A DNA stretch of 17,624 bases from the IMG/VR virus record IMGVR_UViG_3300030035_000024; one strand, given 5' to 3'. Positions 1 through 8,108 of the stretch are shown here, one piece after another. The first letter of the stretch is position 1. The number at the start of each line of letters is the position of its first letter. The stretch is from a virus. Taxonomy: Duplodnaviria > Heunggongvirae > Uroviricota > Caudoviricetes. A program made the position numbers and the translations under genes. Below the pieces are notes generated by a model. That model was not told where the DNA came from, ran no database searches, and saw only the letters and a program-made list of their open reading frames with translations.

Positions 1-41
1 TCCTGTCCTTTAATTACATAGTTTCTAAATTTTTTTGGCAT
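1..41 (-). CDS. 5' end of a gene running off the window (MPKKFRNYVIKGQ...)
   Basis: ATG at 41-39 preceded by RBS AAAGGAG; frame is open to the window edge. Confidence 0.6.
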   Translation of the reverse strand, partial: MPKKFRNYVIKGQ

Positions 42-58
42 TAATTTTCTCCTTTCAA

Positions 59-334
59 TTATTCAGTCGAATTGTTTTCCTTATCATCTTCAACTGCTTT
101 CCAAATACAATCCATAACAGATGCATAATCAAGCAGTATTTCTCTTTCTCTGATGTTTCTTCCGTCTTTTTCATGCCAATCTCTCACTATATAAAGTTCG
201 GCATTTGCAGAAAGAATATCTGTTTTCATGTCCCAGTATTTAATATGAATTTCATAAGCTGCATTTTCAGAAATTGGATTTACATAAATTCCTTTTGTTA
301 CTTCTTTCCAATCTTTCAAACCAATTGTTGCCAT
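59..334 (-). CDS. Hypothetical phage protein, 91 aa
   Basis: ORF with AAAGGAG RBS, tightly packed in the operon. Confidence 0.8.
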   Translation of the reverse strand: MATIGLKDWKEVTKGIYVNPISENAAYEIHIKYWDMKTDILSANAELYIVRDWHEKDGRNIREREILLDYASVMDCIWKAVEDDKENNSTE

Positions 335-346
335 CTATTTCTCCTT

Positions 347-1131
347 TCAAAACGGACATAAGTCCAAATTAACTTCAAGTCCCGGTCTGGCAATCTGCAC
401 CAGTGCATCATCCCAAACCACTGCTTTTTTTATTTCTTTCAAAATCTGTTCCGGGTCAGCTGATTCATTACTCAAATGCACCAATGTTACCGTCCGTAAT
501 GCTGCCGTATGGTTTGTATTTACCAAGCTTTTGCAAGTATCTAAGGAACAATGCCCTTTAAGCCTGTGCGTGTAATTTTCAGCTGTTTTGTCAACCAATT
601 CTCCACAATAGTTGCATTCAATAACTAAATGGTTCAATCGCATTGCCTTGAAATTGTATCGGCAAAACTCAAAGTCTGTCATGTACAACAGCTTTCCCAT
701 CTCTTCATGCTCCACGATATAACCATAATTGAAACATGAAATAAGTTGCCCTGTGTCCTTGTCCCTTGTAGTATGTGGCAAATAGAACGGTATTACAGTG
801 AACGAGCCAACCCGGAACGGTCTTTTCTCTGGAACTCCTTTCATCAATTCGCCAGTGATGATTTGCAGATGTTCTACAGTTTCATCATTGGTGTAAATCT
901 GAATACCTAAATTCATTAGATTTTTAAATGATTCACGGTGATCACTCAACCGTGTTCATGGGTAAGAAGCACACCGGAAACATCACTTGTTCTGTAATCA
1001 ATAGCTTTCAAAATGTCTTTGTATTTGCATCCGCAGTCCAGAAGAAGCATTTCTCCGTTGTTCGATTTCAGAACATAGCAGTTTCCATGTTGGCTTCCTG
1101 TGTTTACCACTCGCATGAACATTTTCATCAC
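347..1131 (-). pseudogene. Metallo-beta-lactamase-fold hydrolase (phage YycJ-like), split into ORFs 946-1131 and 347-949
   Basis: N-terminal part has GSQHGNCY, LLLDCG and LLTHEHG*; C-terminal part has DH..., YMTD, IECNY, GHCS and LVHLS. The HxHxDH motif is broken by 5 extra nt (TGAGT on the coding strand, 944-948). Confidence 0.8.
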
Positions 1132-1203
1132 CTCGCTTTCAATATGTAATTTGTGCGGCGTGTAAGGAAATTCTTAAATCCTCCAATGACTTTTTGGATT
1201 TTT

Positions 1204-1299
1204 TTAGAAGGTTCTTGTCCGCTTAAGATTAGTCATAATTAACGTATGCTTGGCTAATTGCTTCGCTTTTGTGATAACTCTTAAATCTTCATTTGCCAT
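1204..1299 (-). pseudogene. avd: Truncated Avd-like (DGR accessory four-helix bundle) N-terminus, 31 aa
   Basis: MANEDLRVITKAKQLAKHTLIMTN resembles the start of Firmicutes Avd proteins; coupled by a TGATG overlap to the upstream VR-bearing gene; stops after 31 codons. Confidence 0.6.
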
Positions 1300-1904
1300 C
1301 ATTTATCATTCTCTGATTCAAAGATTGAAGAAGAAAAGATACAAACTGGGCGAACACCAATTTCGTTGAGGTAAAGGCTGCTGTCAAAACTGCCCGAAGG
1401 GGAAACAACGGTATTCGTTACACTGTAACCATTTGCTGGTGTACTCCATGGAGTAAGCAGCCACCACCATTTATCCATATTTGGAAGGAATTTTCTGTAT
1501 TTTCGGTATTCATCCACCGTCAACATCGAAATCTTATCTTTACAATGTCCGTATTCTGTCTGGCCGTCCAAAGAAAGCAAATCTCGATCAAACTCAATAA
1601 CTGCATCTTCTCCAAACTCGTCCGTAATTTTTTTAAGAAAACGAGTATTTAACTCATTTCTCAGTTTACTCAAAATCCAGTTATTTGAAGCTGAATCAAA
1701 TGTTCTTTCTTTTCCATCAAATCCATTCAAAATGGCAAAATATCCTTTTTCTGTCTTATCCAGAATCAGCCATTCCATACCTGCAAGTTCAATAGCTTTT
1801 CCGATTTCCGGCTTTCCGATGTGCTTTTTCTTGAATTCCGTGAACTCTTTACTTAATCGGGATAATTCATCCTCAAAATATTTCAGATTTTTCTTCATAA
1901 TCAT
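1299..1904 (-). CDS. DUF6273-like protein with C-terminal C-type-lectin-like variable region (DGR target 2)
   Basis: WWWLLTPW...VVSPSG(x11)GVRPVC C-terminus; paralog of the upstream gene. Confidence 0.8.
   Translation of the reverse strand: MIMKKNLKYFEDELSRLSKEFTEFKKKHIGKPEIGKAIELAGMEWLILDKTEKGYFAILNGFDGKERTFDSASNNWILSKLRNELNTRFLKKITDEFGEDAVIEFDRDLLSLDGQTEYGHCKDKISMLTVDEYRKYRKFLPNMDKWWWLLTPWSTPANGYSVTNTVVSPSGSFDSSLYLNEIGVRPVCIFSSSIFESENDK
1336..1411 (-). repeat. DGR variable region copy 2
   Basis: 76-bp ungapped match to 1938-2013 with 15 differences, none at codon position 3. Confidence 0.85.
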
Positions 1905-2506
1905 TCCTCCGCCTTAGATACAAAGATATTAGATTTTAAGATACAAGCTGGGCGAACACCATTTTCGATGACGCAATTGTTGTTGCAAATAAGGCCCGAA
2001 GGGGAAACAATGGCACAGGCTTTCTCCCATCCACGTTCTTTCGTTGACCATGTCGATAATGTCCAATACCAATCGTTTAAACACGGATTCGGTGTGATAT
2101 CTGTATATCCGCGCGCTTCATCAAACGTAATCGGTCGAATTTTACAATCAACAGTCCCTAATTTCTGTCCATCCGCAGTGATAATATCTGCTGTGTGTGT
2201 TTCGATATTTTCTGCCCCGAATTCTTTTTCGAAGTCTTTCAGAATTTCAGTGTCACACAGTTTCTTTACCTTTGATGTTTTGTAATCTGAGGTATCACCA
2301 AACTCTACATTTTCTTTCACCAGATCAAGCGAAATAATTTTCGTTGTATCTTCATACTGTTCCAGAACCATGTATTTACGCTTTCCGGTGGTCTGGAACA
2401 CATCTCCTCGTTTCAGTGTTGATAACTCAACCTTTCCAGATTCTTCCTGCTTTTCCAAGAGTTCAACCAGTTCCTTTGCTTTCTGTAAAATTTCTTTATT
2501 GTTCAT
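1901..2506 (-). CDS. DUF6273-like protein with C-terminal C-type-lectin-like variable region (DGR target 1)
   Basis: WYWTLSTW...IVSPSG(x11)GVRPAC C-terminus with AAC/AAT-rich codons. Confidence 0.8.
   Translation of the reverse strand: MNNKEILQKAKELVELLEKQEESGKVELSTLKRGDVFQTTGKRKYMVLEQYEDTTKIISLDLVKENVEFGDTSDYKTSKVKKLCDTEILKDFEKEFGAENIETHTADIITADGQKLGTVDCKIRPITFDEARGYTDITPNPCLNDWYWTLSTWSTKERGWEKACAIVSPSGLICNNNCVIENGVRPACILKSNIFVSKAEE
1938..2013 (-). repeat. DGR variable region copy 1
   Basis: 76-bp ungapped match to 1336-1411. Confidence 0.85.
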
Positions 2507-2507
2507 A

Positions 2508-3452
2508 TCACATTTCCTCCTGCTTCATAAAATCCGGAATTTCTGGTTCTTTACCTGCTGCCGGAACTGGCTCTTTCTCTGCTGTTTTTACGGTTTCGGC
2601 TACGGTTGGCTGCTTTGGCTTTTCTTCGATTGCTTCTGGTTGTGGAATGAATTCTTCTGTGTTTGCGTTCTCACTAATTTCATAAGCAACGTCCTGTTCA
2701 ATAATATCCTGTTTTGGAATATTCTCTGTGTTTTCGTCAGCTTCCTGTACAAAAACATCACCGTGGCTGTTAATGATCTGCTTTAATGCACGATTGATAA
2801 CTGTTTTCTTTGCCATTTGATCGGTAAACTTCTGGTGTGTTCCATTGCTGTTTTCTTTGTACCCATAGCCCTGTGACCAAGATTGTTTGATCTGCTTCAT
2901 ATTCATAACTTCCAAGTGTTTTGAACCATCTTCCATCTGAACTACTGCATATGCGCCAAGGATTTTATCATTATCAATATCCATAAAGTCCTGTTCGTGG
3001 GAATCCAGTACCTTGTTTCCATCTTCGATATGATATTTAAAATCATCACCATCGTAGATGATCTCGGCGTGAATATCTTTCATTCCGTATCTTCTGGCTA
3101 TTGTAATGTTTCCGAAGTAAGACCTCTGGAACTGACACTGATTTCCGTAAGAAATAAAATATCCTTGCTTTTTCTGCACTGAAAGACCAAGTGTTGCCAT
3201 GTTCATAAGACTGTTTGCAATGCTTGTGGATGTGCAAGATTCCAGAATTGGCTTATTATTTCTGTCTTTTGTTTCTTTCAGAATCAGATACGCCCCCATG
3301 AGCGCATTGCTTAGGTTGTAGTCTTTTGGGAACGAAAGACCATATTCGCATTTTTTTTCAAGCTGCTTAACCAATCCATCAATGAATGAGTTGTTGATTA
3401 CAATTGCCGCCTGTTGTTCTCCTGTTGTTGCTAACTGTGTTTTTCCTGCCAT
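2508..3452 (-). CDS. recT: RecT-family single-strand annealing recombinase
   Basis: SIANSLMNMATLGLS..KKQGYFISYG, QRSYFG, DQMAKKTVINRALK motifs; acidic C-terminal tail. Confidence 0.9.
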   Translation of the reverse strand: MAGKTQLATTGEQQAAIVINNSFIDGLVKQLEKKCEYGLSFPKDYNLSNALMGAYLILKETKDRNNKPILESCTSTSIANSLMNMATLGLSVQKKQGYFISYGNQCQFQRSYFGNITIARRYGMKDIHAEIIYDGDDFKYHIEDGNKVLDSHEQDFMDIDNDKILGAYAVVQMEDGSKHLEVMNMKQIKQSWSQGYGYKENSNGTHQKFTDQMAKKTVINRALKQIINSHGDVFVQEADENTENIPKQDIIEQDVAYEISENANTEEFIPQPEAIEEKPKQPTVAETVKTAEKEPVPAAGKEPEIPDFMKQEEM

Positions 3453-3483
3453 TTTAATTCTCCTTTTTCTTTTTTATATTTTT

Positions 3484-3743
3484 CTCTTAGGTGCATACAA
3501 AGTGGGTCAAAATCAGTTTGTGATATGTTTTGCTATATTTTGTTCTATTCTCTAATATTGTCTCGTTTGTTATAGTGTCCTATTCTGATAAGAATTTAAT
3601 CCACCGTGAATGCACCCAAGAGTTATGCTCAGTGACATATGAAACAGGATAAATGTTTTTTATGTACTGTATTGTTCTATCCTGTTCTTTCGATTAGTTC
3701 GGTTTGTTGTTTTCCGACTTTATTCGGATTCATATACCACCGA
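3484..3743 (-). ncRNA. Two stem-loop units with pentamer-repeat loops (3484-3622, 3629-3743), downstream of the RAMP-like gene
   Basis: Arms CTCTTAGGTGCATACAAAGTGG / CCACCGTGAATGCACCCAAGAG and TCAGTGACATATGAA / TTCATATACCACCGA; loops include TGTTC TATTC TCTAA TATTG TCTCG TTTGT TATAG TGTCC TATTC. Confidence 0.75.
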
Positions 3744-3754
3744 TAGTTACCAAA

Positions 3755-4432
3755 TTAAATGATAGTCACATTGTCCGGGTTGATGTGATATCTGCCGTTT
3801 CCATTTGCTCTCTGTGTTCCGATTCCGATGTACTTTCCGCTGGTTTCAATCAGCTGCAATACTGTCTCGTACGGAAATACAATATCCGGGCAAGATACCT
3901 CAATAGTGGTTCGCCAGTTATGAAATACGTTGCTACTGCAAAGAACTGGACTTGCACTGATTCCAGAGGTTGGAACGATCTTATTTACTACCTCAACAGA
4001 TTCAAAGTTTACCGGGCAAATAGAACCTTCGATTGAAAGAGAACGCTTGATATCTGTTCCTTTCTTTCCTGTGGAATCCTTGAAGAAAGTAATAAATGTT
4101 TCTGTGAATGACTTCTTGAATGCCTGTGTAAGAATGCAAGGTCTGTTGTTTGCCATGTAATCTTTCCACTCTTCCTCGGTGTAAAGTGAAATATCTTCAT
4201 CGTGGAAATTGATCGGTTTTTCCCAGTGAATACCAGTAATTAATCCCTCCCAAACATTCTTTGGCTGATTATAAATAGCTGGCATTTTGAAGCCCTTGTC
4301 CTTTGACTGCTTGAAGCATTCAGCCTGTTCATAGTAACGGCTTCTTTTGTGAAGAATGAGGTCTGTGTCCCCAATTAACTCAACTCTTAATGTGGTTTCC
4401 TTTAAAGGTTCGATTGTGATGTTTTTTGCCAT
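3755..4432 (-). CDS. Stand-alone RAMP/Cas7-like RNA-binding protein, 225 aa
   Basis: N-terminal strand LRVELIGDTDLILH, PCILTQAFKKSF segment (analogous to IPGSSLKG), C-terminal glycine-rich loop GKYIGIGTQRANGNGRY; strong RBS AGGAGG. Confidence 0.7.
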   Translation of the reverse strand: MAKNITIEPLKETTLRVELIGDTDLILHKRSRYYEQAECFKQSKDKGFKMPAIYNQPKNVWEGLITGIHWEKPINFHDEDISLYTEEEWKDYMANNRPCILTQAFKKSFTETFITFFKDSTGKKGTDIKRSLSIEGSICPVNFESVEVVNKIVPTSGISASPVLCSSNVFHNWRTTIEVSCPDIVFPYETVLQLIETSGKYIGIGTQRANGNGRYHINPDNVTII

Positions 4433-4475
4433 GTTGCTTTCCTCCTAAAATAAAATGATTTTTTATTGTTTTTTT

Positions 4476-5442
4476 GTTTGCACAAACATTCAAACGGACT
4501 AATCTGCAATAAATAATTAATGTTTATACTATGATATTCTGTCATGTTCTGTGATTTTATGTGGTGTTCTGTTCTGCAAAACTAATCCGCTTGAACCTTC
4601 ATACAAACTTCCAAATGTACTTAGCTAGCAGTAGAATGTGCTATATTTTACTGTCGTGCGCTGTTCTCTATTGTGCGAAGATATAATTTTCTTAGCAGTG
4701 TTTCTACTGCCAACTAAATACACTTGGTGTTGAATACTCGATAGGTAACATGAAGTGTTCTGTAGCGTCTTGTTTTGTAATATAATGTGCTATCCAGTTC
4801 TATGCTCGCGACATTTTCATGCCACCTACCCAATATTCAATTTTTATTTGGATGAGCCGCTTTATAGGCAATATAAAAGTTAGGTGTAATTATCTATAAT
4901 TAGATATATTTCGCTGTGATCTAATTTACCGCGTTATGTTTCGATATACTTTCCTAGCGATTTATACCGCCTGTAAAACAGCCCTCCATTGAAGTGTTAT
5001 GTTTTGTTGTGTAGAATGTTATTCTTAGCTATTCTGTCTTGTTCTTTCCTTTTCTATGGTAAGCGTTTCACAACACTTATTACTCTGCATAAACAGTGAA
5101 AGTATTCTATAATGTCATGCGCTATTCTTTTATCTTTTTTACTGCGTTGTACTTTCGTGAAGTTTTTTTCCGCTTATGCAGACTGATAAATGCTGTGGTT
5201 TCCTACGCTCATAAACCTGTATTGAAGTGAGGTGTAGTGTAATGTTTTCTGTTATTTTATAATCTAATAAAACGTTTTTTAATCCTTTCAATATAGGCAT
5301 ATCAACGTAGGAATTTCGCCGCTACTGCACTCATAAACCTACAAGAATAAGGTGCTTTGTTTTGTACTGTTCTGTGGTGTGCTGTGCTGCGCTGTCCTGT
5401 AATGTTGTCCTACTCCTGTAGGCATATCAGCACAGTAGCGGC
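4476..5442 (-). ncRNA. Array of 8 tandem stem-loop units with (triplet+NN) pentamer loops; candidate guide-RNA array
   Basis: About 1 kb with no ORF of 60 aa or more. Units: 4476-4608, 4611-4727, 4730-4840, 4849-4988, 4992-5078, 5084-5182, 5200-5313, 5318-5442. Each has imperfect inverted arms; stem mismatches are mostly A/C on + (G-U wobble on -). Example loop 5353-5407: TGCTT TGTTT TGTAC TGTTC TGTGG TGTGC TGTGC TGCGC TGTCC TGTAA TGTTG. Confidence 0.85.
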
Positions 5443-5450
5443 ATTCATGT

Positions 5451-5898
5451 TTAATTAATCAATTCCCAAACTTCTTCATATTCAGAAATATTCTGGTATT
5501 TCTGTTTCACTGACAGAAGTTCATTCCGACAACGCTCTAAAAGTGCTTCGTATTCATCTGGCTGCTTCAAAATAAGTTTTGTTGGCTTATATCCGCTTTT
5601 GCCATCTGTCTTGTAAAAGACTCGAATTGCTGTCGGCTTTGACTTGTTATCAATATCCTGTTCCACGATTTTTTAACTGACAAACTATCTGTCTGGCTTC
5701 GTGTATTCTGTATTTTTCAGCTGCTATGGAATCATCCCATGTAAAGCACTTATGTAATTCTGTACTTTCGTCCCTTGCTTTCTCAAGAATCTGTTGTGGT
5801 GTAGCTGATTCCATCTGATCGCAAATTTCCATGATTTCAGATGCGCATTTTGTGGCATCTGCCTTGAAAAAATGTTTTCCCCATGTTGCTGTTAGCAT
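5451..5898 (-). pseudogene. Phage protein of about 148 aa, frameshifted at an A6 run; embedded in the stem-loop array
   Basis: ORFs 5650-5898 and 5451-5666 fuse (...IVCQLK-IVEQDID...) if one A is removed from the run at 5669-5674; contains LHKCFTWDDSIAAEKYR. Confidence 0.7.
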
Positions 5899-5915
5899 TT
5901 TCCCCTCCTGTTTCT

Positions 5916-6065
5916 GCGTAGGTGCCTGTGTATAGCAATGAGAATTGTTCTATACTGTGTTATTCGTTGATTTTTTGTATTTAGATGTTCTTTGATTTTT
6001 TGTTCTTTACAATCATATATTTTGGTATAATGGCAACTTTCATTGCCATGCAACGACACCTATGC
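5916..6065 (-). ncRNA. Longest stem-loop unit, with 17 pentamers
   Basis: Arms GCGTAGGTGCCTGTGTATAGCAATGAGAATT / AACTTTCATTGCCATGCAACGACACCTATGC; loop 5946-6030 keeps a 5-nt register. Confidence 0.8.
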
Positions 6066-6080
6066 TTTTTGACTTTTTAT

Positions 6081-8108
6081 TTAAATTTTTCTCACTCTCA
6101 AATCATCGTCCGTCACTCTTAGTACAATCATCTGCTGTTCAGCACTAGGAAGTCTGGTTGCGTTTACGCTCTCGCTGTTGTCAACAAAAATCGGCAAATT
6201 CAAACCGTTCAAAGCCTGTAAACCTCTAAGCAAATCAATGTCGCACAAGATTTTGTCAGAATAATTCAAACCATCAAAGTAATTCACTCCATTACAGATC
6301 ATCTTGCAAGTCTCCACTGGGTTCCCATCAATTGTGTAATCAAGGAAACTGAACTGGAAATGCTTAAAGTATGGATTGATTTTCTCTGCCAGTGCCTTAT
6401 TCTTCTGGATTGAGAAGTTAAGAACGGTGTCTATGTTCTTTTCAATATCGGCTTGCACCTGTCCAAGGTCTTTCAGTTCCTCATTCATTTCGGCTACTCG
6501 CTTTTCTTTCTCTGTGACTGCTGCCTGTGCAATCTTAATGTCTGCATCCACATTGGAAATCTGTTTCATGACATTGCTGATCTGCATTCTCAATTCCTGT
6601 TTCTTTCCAGGAACATCTTCAAATGATTTCAGTTTCTCTTCAAGTTCTGCAATTCTCGCTGTAACCGCAAGATATTCTTCGTCATTTGACATATCTACAG
6701 ATTCTGGAAGCTCCGTAAATTTGGACTGTTCTTCTTCAATCTGTTTAGTAAGTTCAGCAACTTCATCCTGTGCTACGCCGATTTCTGACTGTAATTTGCT
6801 GATTTCCTCGTTAGTTTTCTTTAATTTTGCAGAAGCAGAATTTCCAAGATCACAAGTTCCTTTTAACTGGTTCTGCTTTGCTGATTCCCAATTTTTCTTT
6901 TTGGTTAATTCAGTTTCAATTCTGGCTTTCTTTTTTTCTTCAAATGAAGATTTCAGTTTGGAAACTTGTTCTTCTGGCAGTTCCTGTCCACAAGTCGGGC
7001 AAATGGTATCAGAATCATTGAATGTTTCAGCTTCAATAGCTTTCAGTCCAGAATCATCCCACTCCATTTCTTTGATTCTCGGATAGTCCTGTCTGGCTCT
7101 ATCCAAATCAGCTTTCGCTTGTTGTGCTTCCCTTATGTGGTTATCCAGTTCCATTCCAATAATACGAATGCTTGATTCCTTTTCTGATTTTTTTAACCTA
7201 AGTTCGGAAACTGTATCAGAAATGAATTTTTGTCTGGCTCTTAACCATTCATTCGCTTTGCTAACCAGACCATCCCTGGAAGATTTCAAACCACGGATTT
7301 CATATGAAAGGCTGTCATAGCCTTTTGCTGAATCTTCAAGAATCCGTTCCTGTTCTTCCAGTTTGGAAAGTTCCGCATTAAGCTCCTGTTTTTTGGATTC
7401 CAGGGAAGAAGTATCTTCTGCTTCAACGCTTCGATTGGTTTCATATGCAATCTCCGTGTTTTTGGCATCCACCTTTTTCTTCTGTGCATTTAGTTCCTTT
7501 CGGAGCTTCTTCAATGTATCTTCTACGGAATGCCCCTTTGTGATTTCTTCCACATGAGCGTACTGTGGATTCTCTTCCATAAACTGCGCAATATCAAAAC
7601 CAGACATTTTTTCCAAAACCTTCCTGGATTCTGCTGTTGACTTCTGCAATGTGTCCAGAAATGGTTTTGGATTACTACACATCAGAAGCGTTGAAGGCTC
7701 TGCTATTGATTGAATGAACTCGGTATAATCCTTTGATTTAGCCGGGAATCCGTCAATTTCATAAGAAGTTTCATTTCCATCGAATACCTCTTCGGATTGT
7801 CCCCTCGGTTTTCTCCACTTCTGTTTTGTGATTTTGCGGATCACTTTTTCTTTTCCATCAATCGCAAGTGTAAGCTCTCTTATAACATCAACTTTTGGCA
7901 CTTCCAAGCCATTTTCTTTTCTGCGGATAGAAGTCGGTTCTGTACCATTTGCCATCTTTCCTGTCAGAACGTCCAAATATGCGTCCTGTAATGTGGATTT
8001 TCCTTCTCTGTTTCTGCCAGAAATCTCTGTTCTCGGAAACAAATCTACAGACTTACTCGGAAACTTCTTGTAATTCTCCAACGAAATCTTTTTTACTTCC
8101 ACTTTCAT
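6081..8108 (-). CDS. Rad50/SbcC-like (SMC-type) ATPase with coiled coil
   Basis: Walker A GRNREGKST, long coiled coils, CPTC zinc hook, Walker B IFVDNSES. Confidence 0.9.
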   Translation of the reverse strand: MKVEVKKISLENYKKFPSKSVDLFPRTEISGRNREGKSTLQDAYLDVLTGKMANGTEPTSIRRKENGLEVPKVDVIRELTLAIDGKEKVIRKITKQKWRKPRGQSEEVFDGNETSYEIDGFPAKSKDYTEFIQSIAEPSTLLMCSNPKPFLDTLQKSTAESRKVLEKMSGFDIAQFMEENPQYAHVEEITKGHSVEDTLKKLRKELNAQKKKVDAKNTEIAYETNRSVEAEDTSSLESKKQELNAELSKLEEQERILEDSAKGYDSLSYEIRGLKSSRDGLVSKANEWLRARQKFISDTVSELRLKKSEKESSIRIIGMELDNHIREAQQAKADLDRARQDYPRIKEMEWDDSGLKAIEAETFNDSDTICPTCGQELPEEQVSKLKSSFEEKKKARIETELTKKKNWESAKQNQLKGTCDLGNSASAKLKKTNEEISKLQSEIGVAQDEVAELTKQIEEEQSKFTELPESVDMSNDEEYLAVTARIAELEEKLKSFEDVPGKKQELRMQISNVMKQISNVDADIKIAQAAVTEKEKRVAEMNEELKDLGQVQADIEKNIDTVLNFSIQKNKALAEKINPYFKHFQFSFLDYTIDGNPVETCKMICNGVNYFDGLNYSDKILCDIDLLRGLQALNGLNLPIFVDNSESVNATRLPSAEQQMIVLRVTDDDLRVRKI

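Noticed and set aside
1140..1230. DGR template repeat or another pentamer hairpin unit
   Set aside because: No similarity to the VRs, no AAC runs, and no 5-nt periodicity.
4476..5442. CRISPR array or TIGR-type array
   Set aside because: No identical direct repeats with spacers, no constant unit length, no recurring box C/D motifs, and no cas1/2 or Nop-domain gene in the window.
4476..5442. Simple microsatellite or cluster of terminators
   Set aside because: Two positions of each pentamer vary freely, tracts are confined to loops of long stems, loops are too large for terminators, and U-tails are not consistent.
5200..5442. K-turn or box C/D motif in the shared stem (CUGA / AUGAG)
   Set aside because: The arms pair without a 3-nt bulge or tandem G-A pairs, and the motif is absent from other units.
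6376..7086. 236-aa + strand ORF and other antisense ORFs (e.g. 35-361, 2370-2786, 3704-4036, 13948-14451, 17060-17365)
   Set aside because: Shadow frames of well-supported genes, with no recognisable motifs.
8053..8108. 56-nt overlap between ssb and the ATPase as a frameshift
   Set aside because: Both proteins look complete; the overlap only encodes an acidic SSB tail.
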